A stretch of 52,668 nt of DNA from Saprospiraceae bacterium. GTDB taxonomy: Bacteria > Bacteroidota > Bacteroidia > Chitinophagales > Saprospiraceae. The notes under the pieces are model-generated. The model did not search any database, was not told where the DNA came from, and saw nothing but the letters and a program-made list of their open reading frames with translations. The position numbers and the translations under genes are program-made. Shown here in pieces: positions 37,111 to 45,471 of the stretch; position 1 is the first letter of the stretch; every line of letters begins with the position of its first letter. Location: assembly GCA_043756725.1 (NCBI GenBank), contig JAYUQN010001025.1, forward strand, positions 1 through 52,668. Direction: 5' to 3'.

Positions 37111-37314
37111 AAGTAGTCGAATTGAAATAAACGCTGTTATTGACTAACCACGCTCTTTAGGGCGTGGGGCAGAAATTAAACCATTTTAGGCTTTAGCCGC
37201 TCATCTTAATACCAAAAAGTTAAGCGGCTAAAGCCTAAATTAAGCTCTATTCCCAGCCCACGCCCTAAAGGACGTGGTTAGTTAATAACAGCGTTTATTT
37301 CAATTCTACTACTT
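37111..37314. repeat. 204-bp hairpin element with arms of about 90 nt
   Basis: The left arm is AAGTAGTCGAATTGAAATAAACGCTGTTATTGACTAACCACGCTCTTTAGGGCGTGG...AGGCTTTAGCCGCT, and its imperfect complement ends at 37314. The nested sub-hairpins are CCACGC-TCTTTAGG-GCGTGG and GGC-TTTA-GCC. Confidence 0.8.
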
Positions 37315-37383
37315 ACTACTAAATCTTCGCACGAATAAAAAAAAGCATTACAGGATACATATTAAATGTTTAACAGTTCAGTT

Positions 37384-37550
37384 AATAGTTCGGTAATTTT
37401 TTAAGCGGAAAATAAAATTTCGTTTTCAGCACAACTTTGACAAAGTTCCAAACTTTGTCAAAGTTATAGCTAAAATATCGAAACAAAATTTTACTTGATT
37501 TTTAAAGAAAGTCTAATTTGATAATATTTTAAAAAAATTACCGAACTATT
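37384..37550 (+). repeat. MITE-like element, copy B (167 bp)
   Basis: The terminal inverted repeats are AATAGTTCGGTAATTTTTT and AAAAAAATTACCGAACTATT. The interior is homologous to the reverse complement of 13328..13478. It carries a duplicated palindrome, AACTTTGACAAAGTT / AACTTTGTCAAAGTT. Confidence 0.6.
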
Positions 37551-37818
37551 GTCAGTAGTATATATAGACTTAAATAGGTTTAAATTTGAAAAATGTAAAA
37601 TACAGTTTACCCCCCCTCAGTATTTTGACTAAAAAAAAAGTCAAAAACTAAAAAATGAAAATACAACACTTATACCAATGGTTTTTATTTAAAATTAAAA
37701 AAAACCTTAGTTTAAGCAAATACTCAATAGGTTGAAAAAGCTAAAAATATTGAAATAACTATTTGATAGTCAATATTTTACAAAACATATAACGTTTATA
37801 AATTAGTTACAAATAAAC

Positions 37819-40800
37819 ATGAAACGATTGTTACACACAAAGGCAACCAACGCTTTCTTTCCCAAAACTTGGGCTTTGACACATAAGGCGCAGCTTATTT
37901 GTCATTATATTGATCGAACATTCCGACAAAGTCGGGAGGGAGGCATTTTAACAGTGTTAAAAAATAATTGGCTAAATTTTTATCGAAACAGCTTGTTTTG
38001 GCTCTGGCAAATATGCGTGCTCTTGCTCTGTTTGGGAAGCCAAGTGGCTCTTGCCCAACAAGAGAATTTGCCCTGCAATGCCCTCAATTCAACACCTTTT
38101 ATTCCACCAACCATTACAGGAACATTGAGCCAAACAACGTCCACAAGTGGTGTTGGTACAGTGTATTGGGAAAGTAGTGCGGGTTGCGTTTTGGGTTTAC
38201 CCTTGGGTTGTGGTAGTACACGTATCCCGGCTAATGTTATCAACAGCAGTACAACCGATTTTGCAAGAGTAAACTTGGCAGTCGGCTTAGGCTTATCGGC
38301 AACAATGCGCGTGACTGAAGCTACGAATACCTATTCAGCAGGTAATTTTGCAGGTTATTTGATAGATAATGCCTCTTTGGTGAGTGCAGGTTTATTGAGT
38401 GCGATAACGGTTAAAACGTATAATAACGGCACTTTGGCAGAAACAAGTTCCGCAGGTTCATTGATTGGCGTGAGTTCTACTTTGGTAGCCAATAAATATG
38501 AAGTTGGTTTTTATACCACACAGCCTTTTGATGCCATTGAAATTACGTTTAACAGTGTCGCAGGATTAGCCGTTACTTATGATGTGTATTATCCTGTTGT
38601 GCGTAAATATTGTGCATCGCCGAGTTTGGTTTGCAATACAAAAACAGGTTTGAACAAAAATGCAACACCCGCCCAATCCTTTGCGACTGAAATTGATTAT
38701 GCGAATACAGGCATCAGTGGCGTTGCCCTTGCGACAATATCCAATCCAGAATCGGCTATTAGCCCAAGTACAACCGATTTTGCAAGCGTCCTTTTTCCAG
38801 TGGGTATAGGTAGCGCGACTTTGGCAGTGAAAGACCATGCTACGACTTATGACGCAGGGCATTTAGTAGGTTTCGATATTGAAAATGTGACCGCTTTGGG
38901 TGTAGGACTTTTTAATAGTACCACAATAACGACTTATCTGAATGGCGTGCAAAGGGAAACAGCTTCGGGCAGCAGTTTGGCAATATCGGGTGGTTTATTG
39001 AGCAGTTCGGGTCGGCAAATTGTTGCTTTTGTAACAAATATGAGTTTTGATGAAATTAAAATTACGTTAAATCAAAATGGCGTAAGTCTTGGTACAACTA
39101 AAATTTATAATGCTGTTGTCCAAAAATTTTGTGCTGCCACCATTGCTTGTAATCAAACCTACTCTTTCAACAATCCCGACTATCCTGTTGTGATAGACGG
39201 GCTTTTGACGGGGCTATCGGGTGTGGCTTGTGTGGGTTGTTCTGTCAGTAATACAGATAATCTACTCACGGCAAGCACAACGGATTATGCAACGATTAAC
39301 GTTTTGGCAGGTTTAGCCGCTTCTGGTGCTGTTGCCGTTCAGGATGTCCTTTATACTTATCCTGCGGGAACTGCAGCAGGGTTTACGATTAAAGATGAAA
39401 ACAGCCTTTTGGAATTGAATTTATTGGGTTCTATGACGGTTTCAACCTATAATAATGGTGTTTTACAAGAGTCCAAAACAGCCAATAATTTGTTTAATTT
39501 TACTGTAACAACCCAATGGACGGGTTTGGGTTCGGGTGCTTATAATATTGGTTTTATAGCAACCTTGCCTTTTGATGAAATCCGATTAAGCGTGGGTTCT
39601 TTGCTAAGTGGTTTAAATACCATCCGTGTTTATGGCGCATTTGTGAATACAGAAACGTCCTATGGCGGTTCGCTTATTTGTGCTTCCACTTTCAATTTTA
39701 ATTGTGCAACAGCCACTTCGACAGGTACATTTATGGCAAATGGCACAAGTGGACAATTAGGCAATTTAACTCTACTCATTACAGGCACAACGGCTGGTAG
39801 TGCCGCTTTTACTGTAACAGGTTCTGGATTTACAGCTAACGCAATTATACCCCTTACAGCAGGTCAAACATCAGTTACAATACCCATTAGTTACAATGGT
39901 AGTGGTTCGGCAGGGTCAAGAACTTTGACCATTAATGCCTTATCTGCTACGGGTACGTGTACGCCTTCTGTAACTGTTGTCCCCGATAACAGCCATTGTC
40001 TTACCTCATTACCAACTTTATTGCCACTTGGGTCGGTACTTTCTATTGTTGATTTTTGCCCCAAAGGTTCGTATAATTATTACAAATCGGCAGGGTCTTC
40101 CCAAGATATGTTGGCAATAAACCCTAATAACAATGTGTTTCAGCCAACAAATGTGGTCATAGATGCAACCGTAACGGGTACTAATAGCCAATCAAGTGGC
40201 GGTTTTACAACAGCAATAGCACATCGTTTGATTAGCATTGAAGCTACTGGCACACATCCTATAAATGGTGGCATAAAAGTTCGTATTTATTACAATCCTT
40301 CTGAATTTTCAACATTACCAACCGCAAATCGCCGTTGGTTCAAACACCCTGCCCATACAAAAGCCAATGTTTTATCGAATTTAACAGCCACAGGTTTGAC
40401 CAATGCCACGTTTTTGACACCCGATTCAGTAGGCACTGAAAATGGCTTATCCTTCGTAGAGTTTTTTAACATTCAAAACTTTTCAACTTTTGGATACATG
40501 GGTTCGCAAGCACCCGAAGACTGTACAAATGGTATAGACGATGATGGCGATGGTTTGATAGACTGCGATGACCCCGATTGTGGTAAACCCATTATCACAT
40601 CTATTGTAAAAACAAACCCCGCCATATCAAGTTGCCCTAACTTGAATGATGGGTCAATTACTATCACCGCAACAGGTTCTAACCTACGGTATTCAAAAAA
40701 TACGGGTACAACTTGGCAAGTTTCCAATGCTTTCAATGGTTTGACAGCAGGAACAACAACCATTCGGATTCAAGACAGTGTTTCAACTTGTTTAATAGAT

Positions 40801-43800
40801 ACAACCATCGTTTTAACCGCACCAACTTGTAATGAAGCCCCTACAATTACGTCTGCCACAACTGCTAATTTTGCTGAAAATGGCACAGGAACAGCTTATA
40901 CAGTCATTGCAAATGACGCTGATGCTGGTCAAACCAAGACCTATTCGTTTGAAACAGGTGGCGCAGATAATGCTTTATTTTCAATAAATCCAACAACGGG
41001 TGCAGTGACTTTTAATACAAGTCCCGATTTTGAAAATCCAACAGATGCGAGTAACGATAATGTGTATAATATTAAAATAAAAGTTTGTGATGATGGCACG
41101 CCTCAATTATGCGTCATTCAAGATGTGGCAATAACGGTAACGAATGTTGCCGATACAGAAATTTGCAACAATCAAATAGATGATGATGGCGATGGTAAAA
41201 TAGACGGTGAAGACCCCGATTGTACTGAACCCGCTTGTAGCAATACCACAGGTACAATTACAGGAACTATTGCAGGACAAAATACAAATGCAAGTTTCAC
41301 CCAAAAATATGTCTTAACCGATAGTACAGGGAAGATTTTACAGATTTTAAACACCCCCTCAGTATCAGGCTTGTCTGCGGGTAAATACCGTTTTTATGCT
41401 GTGAATTATGAAACAGCAAGTGGCATTACAGGTTTAACGGCTAATCAAAACATAAGCGGCGTAACTGGAACGTGCGTAAATATTTCGCTACCCTTATTGT
41501 ATAAAATATGTGTAGGTACTGAAATCTGCAACAATCAACTCGATGATGATGGCGACGGTAAAATAGACGGCGAAGACCCCGATTGTGCCGAACCCGCTTG
41601 TGATAATACAACTGGAACAATTACCGCTACTATTGCAGGTCAAAATACAGGTGCAGGTTTCACCCAAAAATATGTTTTAACCGATAGTACAGGTAAGATT
41701 TTACAGATTTTAACCACCCCCTCAGTATCGGGCTTGTCTGCGGGTAAATACCGTTTTTATGCTGTGAATTATGAAACAGCAAGTGGCATTACAGGTTTAA
41801 CGGCTAATCAAAATATAACGGCTGTAACGGGTACGTGTGTCAATATTTCATTGCCTTTATTGTATAAAATATGTATGCTGCCTTGTTCTGTTATCAATAT
41901 TCCCAATATTTCAAAAACAAACCCGAGTGTAACAAGTTGCCCTGTTTTAAATGATGGCACTGTCACAATAACAGCAACGGGTTCAAATTTAAGATATTCA
42001 AGAGACAGTGGGGCTACTTGGCAAACTTCCAATATTTTCAATAATTTGATAGCTGGAACGGTTTTAATTCGCGTGCAAGACAGTGTAGGCTTGTGTTATA
42101 AAGATACAAGTATTGTTTTAAATGCGCCCCTTTGTTGTGCAACACCCACAGTAGGTGGAACAACAAGTTTGGTTGGCGGTCAAACGTTATGCGATGTTTA
42201 TAATGCAGACAGGATAGCTGTGAGTGGCAAAACGGGCAATGTTCTTAAATGGCAAACTTCAACCAATGGCGGTACTTCATGGACAGATATTCCTTTTACG
42301 GGCGATACATTGAGTTTTAACAATGCCATTAACAATCAAAAATACAGAGTCCTTATCAGCAATGGTACATATTGCAGCAATGATACTTCAACAGTAACGA
42401 CCATTCAAACAGAACCTTATGCGTGTTGTAATAGTACAGATGGTTCAATATCAGCGACTTATGGAGGTTTTAGTACAGACCCAAGTCATACAAATAAATT
42501 TGCATTGACCGATACCACAGGGCGTATTTTACAAATTACGAACACCCTTTCCGTAGGAACACCTAAGGTGCAGTATTCTAATTTAAATACGGGCTGGTAC
42601 TATATCTACGCCATTACTTATGATTCTTTGGGCTATGTGCGCGGTTTAAATGTTGGGTCAGATATTGATACTTTAAATGGAGAATGTTTATTGAAAACAG
42701 CACCCATACCTTATAAAGTCTGTCGGGGTGCAAAATTGGAACATAGCGTAGAGGTCAGTGCTTCAACTGTTTGTCTAAATGGCATCAGTGATTATACTTT
42801 AATAGTTAGAAATACAAGTACCAATCCTGCTCGAAATGTGGTTATTTCAGATACTTTGGCAACAGGTTTAGTGTTTTTAGTAGATACTGTTCAACTCACA
42901 GGTGGAGCAACTTATTCTGCCAATACCGTTCCTGCGACCAATGCTACAGGTGTTTTACAATGGGGGAGTTTTGATATTCCTGCGGGCGATTCGGTCATAA
43001 TTACCGCTATTTTCAAAGTAGCAAACACAGCTATGGCAGGTATTTTTCACAACAGCTTAGGCTCTATTTCAACCCAAGATACAATTGTGCCTTTTATAGG
43101 CAATTTAGCCGCAAATACCTCCGATGATTTGACCGTAAGCACCACAGGCGATTGTGCAAATGGTGGGCAATCCATAGCGTGTAGCCCCTCATTTTATCAA
43201 ATTTTTACACAAAATCGCTCTACCAAATTCGCTCAATTAAATGTGCCAACGCTGAGTTACACCGTCGTCGGTTCAGGTCCAAGAGGCATGAATGCCATAG
43301 GAGTGAATGAAAAAACAGGCTTTGCTTACGGGGTTTTGAACGTGTCTGGTATGACCCGTTTTATAAAAATAGGAGCCAATAATACCGTTTTTGATATGGG
43401 CGTTAATCTCGGCAGCCCTTTTATCATAGCAGGTGATTGCGATACAAGCGGCTATTGGTGGGCAAAACACGGCAACCAGTTTTTGAAAGTAAAACTTTCA
43501 GACAATAGCCAAATCCATTATACCCCCACAGGCTCTGCTGTTTGGGGCGCGGATATGGTTTTTAGAAGAGTTGATAAAAAGTTTTACAGTGCAAATGGTA
43601 CAACTTTAAGTATTTATGACCCGCTTTCAAATAACGTTTCAACCCTAACTTTGACAGGCGACGTCACCACAAATGGCTCTGGCACTTATGGCGGTCAATG
43701 GGCAGGGGCGGATGGTGAAATCTATATTTCAAGCAACGTGTCAGGTAAAATTTATAAAGTAGATGTGGCAACAGGGGCAACAAGTTTGATTATCACAACA

Positions 43801-45348
43801 GCGGGCGGCATGAGCGTCAACGATGGTTACTATTGCCCCGATGCTATTCGCGCTTTGGGCGACAAAGACAAAGACGGTATCATTAATTACACGGATATTG
43901 ACGATGATAATGATGGTATTTTAGACACCACAGAAGGCATGGTGGATACAGATAATGATGGCATCACAAACGATTTTGATTTGGACAGTGACAATGATGG
44001 CATCCCCGACATTATAGAATCTCAGACAACTGCTGGATTTATGATACCCAGTGGAACTCTGACCGCAACAGGCTTATGGAATAATTATGGCACAGGCACA
44101 ACGCCTATTGATACCGATAATGACTTAATACCCGATTATTTGGACGCAAACAGCGACAACGAAGGCGGCACTGACACCTTTGAAGGTGCTCTAATTTTGT
44201 CAAATAACGACTCTGATAAAGACGGTTTAGATGATGCCATTGATGATAATGACACCGCTTTTGGCTCTCCTCATGCAGGCATTACTAACGTTTTAACCCA
44301 ATATCCGAATACAGGAACCCAAACAGATTGGCGAAATTCTCTGCCAACTACCCCCTCAGTATCAGGCACAAATTTGACCGTTTGGCAAGATACAACTATC
44401 TCGCTTTGCTTGCCCATTGCCGATAATAACCCTTTGCATACGTTTATACCTACTTTGTGTGGAATGCCTTTACATGGCTCTGTGTCAGGTTTGACGGTCA
44501 ATAATCTGACACGACAAGTGTGTTTTAACTACACTTCGGACAGCCTTTTCATAGGACAAGACAGTTTCTGCGTGCGAATTTGCAATCAGAGTGGGTATTG
44601 CGATACGGCTTCTATAAAAATCAATATTGTAGCGGGTTGTGTAACGATGCAGGTGAAAGTTTTACTTGAAGGAGCTTATGAAACTTCTACCAGTAAAATG
44701 ACTACTATATTAAATCAACGGGGTTTGCTACCGGGTCAAACGCCTATCGGTCAATTTGCCATAGCAACCCCGAAAGGGCAACCCTACAAAGGTGCACCGT
44801 GGAGTTACGCTGGCACAGAAGGCGATACCATAACCACTTACCCGCCAACGGTAACGGATTGGGTGTTGCTAACTTTGAGAGCTGATACCTTGAGTTATAC
44901 GCCGCTTTATCGGGTGGCAGGTTGGCTGCACGAAAACGGCACGATTACATTCTCGCAAGGCTGTATCGCCATTCCAAACGGTTCGTACTTTGTTTTAATA
45001 GAACATAGAAACCACATGGGCGTACTGTCGTATCGAAAAGTGTCTATTGAAAACCGTGTAATGAACTTCGATTTCACCACAGCCGATTCGTACATCCGCA
45101 CCAACCCTCCATCTTTTGGTCAAAAATTGAAAGGTGGAAAATGGACGATGTATGCAGGAGACGGTAAAAAAGATACATTCACGACAAATTTTGACATCAA
45201 TTTCAACGATACGCAATTGTGGAAAGGGCAATCAGGTACATTTGACCAATATAAATTTGGCGATTTCAACCTCGATGCCGATGTCAATTTCTTAGATAAT
45301 CAATTGTGGAAAATAAACAATGGAAAATATTCGGGTGTTCCACATTAA
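37819..45348 (+). CDS. Giant secreted multidomain adhesin-like protein (2509 aa from the tracked ATG)
   Basis: The hydrophobic signal core FWLWQICVLLLCLGSQVALAQ sits about 60 aa in, so GTG at 37954 is an alternative start. Four roughly 190-aa repeats (S(T/S)TDFA.VN...TYSAGNFAGY...TYNNG...FDEI(K/R)IT) come first. They are followed by one FNFNCA module, C-x-N-x-(I/L)DDDGDG.IDC.DPDC metal-binding motifs, SprB-type repeats and a cadherin-like domain (APTITSATTANFAENG...). Then come three Cys-bounded modules, one DUF11-like repeat, thrombospondin-type-3 calcium repeats (DTDNDGITNDFDLDSDNDGIPD) and a dockerin-like C-terminal domain. Confidence 0.9.
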   Translation: MKRLLHTKATNAFFPKTWALTHKAQLICHYIDRTFRQSREGGILTVLKNNWLNFYRNSLFWLWQICVLLLCLGSQVALAQQENLPCNALNSTPFIPPTITGTLSQTTSTSGVGTVYWESSAGCVLGLPLGCGSTRIPANVINSSTTDFARVNLAVGLGLSATMRVTEATNTYSAGNFAGYLIDNASLVSAGLLSAITVKTYNNGTLAETSSAGSLIGVSSTLVANKYEVGFYTTQPFDAIEITFNSVAGLAVTYDVYYPVVRKYCASPSLVCNTKTGLNKNATPAQSFATEIDYANTGISGVALATISNPESAISPSTTDFASVLFPVGIGSATLAVKDHATTYDAGHLVGFDIENVTALGVGLFNSTTITTYLNGVQRETASGSSLAISGGLLSSSGRQIVAFVTNMSFDEIKITLNQNGVSLGTTKIYNAVVQKFCAATIACNQTYSFNNPDYPVVIDGLLTGLSGVACVGCSVSNTDNLLTASTTDYATINVLAGLAASGAVAVQDVLYTYPAGTAAGFTIKDENSLLELNLLGSMTVSTYNNGVLQESKTANNLFNFTVTTQWTGLGSGAYNIGFIATLPFDEIRLSVGSLLSGLNTIRVYGAFVNTETSYGGSLICASTFNFNCATATSTGTFMANGTSGQLGNLTLLITGTTAGSAAFTVTGSGFTANAIIPLTAGQTSVTIPISYNGSGSAGSRTLTINALSATGTCTPSVTVVPDNSHCLTSLPTLLPLGSVLSIVDFCPKGSYNYYKSAGSSQDMLAINPNNNVFQPTNVVIDATVTGTNSQSSGGFTTAIAHRLISIEATGTHPINGGIKVRIYYNPSEFSTLPTANRRWFKHPAHTKANVLSNLTATGLTNATFLTPDSVGTENGLSFVEFFNIQNFSTFGYMGSQAPEDCTNGIDDDGDGLIDCDDPDCGKPIITSIVKTNPAISSCPNLNDGSITITATGSNLRYSKNTGTTWQVSNAFNGLTAGTTTIRIQDSVSTCLIDTTIVLTAPTCNEAPTITSATTANFAENGTGTAYTVIANDADAGQTKTYSFETGGADNALFSINPTTGAVTFNTSPDFENPTDASNDNVYNIKIKVCDDGTPQLCVIQDVAITVTNVADTEICNNQIDDDGDGKIDGEDPDCTEPACSNTTGTITGTIAGQNTNASFTQKYVLTDSTGKILQILNTPSVSGLSAGKYRFYAVNYETASGITGLTANQNISGVTGTCVNISLPLLYKICVGTEICNNQLDDDGDGKIDGEDPDCAEPACDNTTGTITATIAGQNTGAGFTQKYVLTDSTGKILQILTTPSVSGLSAGKYRFYAVNYETASGITGLTANQNITAVTGTCVNISLPLLYKICMLPCSVINIPNISKTNPSVTSCPVLNDGTVTITATGSNLRYSRDSGATWQTSNIFNNLIAGTVLIRVQDSVGLCYKDTSIVLNAPLCCATPTVGGTTSLVGGQTLCDVYNADRIAVSGKTGNVLKWQTSTNGGTSWTDIPFTGDTLSFNNAINNQKYRVLISNGTYCSNDTSTVTTIQTEPYACCNSTDGSISATYGGFSTDPSHTNKFALTDTTGRILQITNTLSVGTPKVQYSNLNTGWYYIYAITYDSLGYVRGLNVGSDIDTLNGECLLKTAPIPYKVCRGAKLEHSVEVSASTVCLNGISDYTLIVRNTSTNPARNVVISDTLATGLVFLVDTVQLTGGATYSANTVPATNATGVLQWGSFDIPAGDSVIITAIFKVANTAMAGIFHNSLGSISTQDTIVPFIGNLAANTSDDLTVSTTGDCANGGQSIACSPSFYQIFTQNRSTKFAQLNVPTLSYTVVGSGPRGMNAIGVNEKTGFAYGVLNVSGMTRFIKIGANNTVFDMGVNLGSPFIIAGDCDTSGYWWAKHGNQFLKVKLSDNSQIHYTPTGSAVWGADMVFRRVDKKFYSANGTTLSIYDPLSNNVSTLTLTGDVTTNGSGTYGGQWAGADGEIYISSNVSGKIYKVDVATGATSLIITTAGGMSVNDGYYCPDAIRALGDKDKDGIINYTDIDDDNDGILDTTEGMVDTDNDGITNDFDLDSDNDGIPDIIESQTTAGFMIPSGTLTATGLWNNYGTGTTPIDTDNDLIPDYLDANSDNEGGTDTFEGALILSNNDSDKDGLDDAIDDNDTAFGSPHAGITNVLTQYPNTGTQTDWRNSLPTTPSVSGTNLTVWQDTTISLCLPIADNNPLHTFIPTLCGMPLHGSVSGLTVNNLTRQVCFNYTSDSLFIGQDSFCVRICNQSGYCDTASIKINIVAGCVTMQVKVLLEGAYETSTSKMTTILNQRGLLPGQTPIGQFAIATPKGQPYKGAPWSYAGTEGDTITTYPPTVTDWVLLTLRADTLSYTPLYRVAGWLHENGTITFSQGCIAIPNGSYFVLIEHRNHMGVLSYRKVSIENRVMNFDFTTADSYIRTNPPSFGQKLKGGKWTMYAGDGKKDTFTTNFDINFNDTQLWKGQSGTFDQYKFGDFNLDADVNFLDNQLWKINNGKYSGVPH
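41155..41880 (+). repeat. Tandem 363-bp (121-codon) duplication inside the 2509-aa gene
   Basis: Copy 1 is 41155..41517 and copy 2 is 41518..41880. They are roughly 90 percent identical by eye. Each encodes EICNNQ(I/L)DDDGDGKIDGEDPDC.EPAC.NTTGTIT..IAGQNT...FTQKYVLTDSTGKILQIL.TPSVSGLSAGKYRFYAVNYE...LLYKIC. Each also carries one copy of the CCCCTCAGTA motif. Confidence 0.9.
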
Positions 45349-45403
45349 TGTTTTACCTTTGTTAGAAATAGCGAAACAAAGCTGTTTTTTAACCAAAACT
45401 AAG

Positions 45404-45450
45404 ACCCCTCAGTATCACGAATCGCGCGATATTGAGGGGTTCTTTTTTTT
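45404..45450 (+). terminator. Rho-independent terminator of the 2509-aa gene, with a stem made from the CCCCTCAGTAT motif
   Basis: ACCCCTCAGTATC (45404..45416) pairs with GATATTGAGGGGT (45428..45440). That gives 12 pairs including one G-U, and the stem is followed by a T8 run (45443..45450). Confidence 0.8.
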
Positions 45451-45471
45451 AAGTAGATTTAAAACCACGAG

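Noticed and set aside
41155-41880. Near-identical tandem units considered as a diversity-generating retroelement template/variable repeat pair
   Set aside because: No reverse transcriptase gene is present in the window. The differences between the units are not restricted to adenine positions.
8210-45450. Search for genomic-island boundaries (integrase, tRNA target, flanking direct repeats) around the par/rep module and giant-gene array
   Set aside because: No integrase or tRNA gene and no matching direct repeats were found at the two edges. The host-wide CCCCTCAGTA motif is as dense inside as outside, so a recent integration event cannot be supported.
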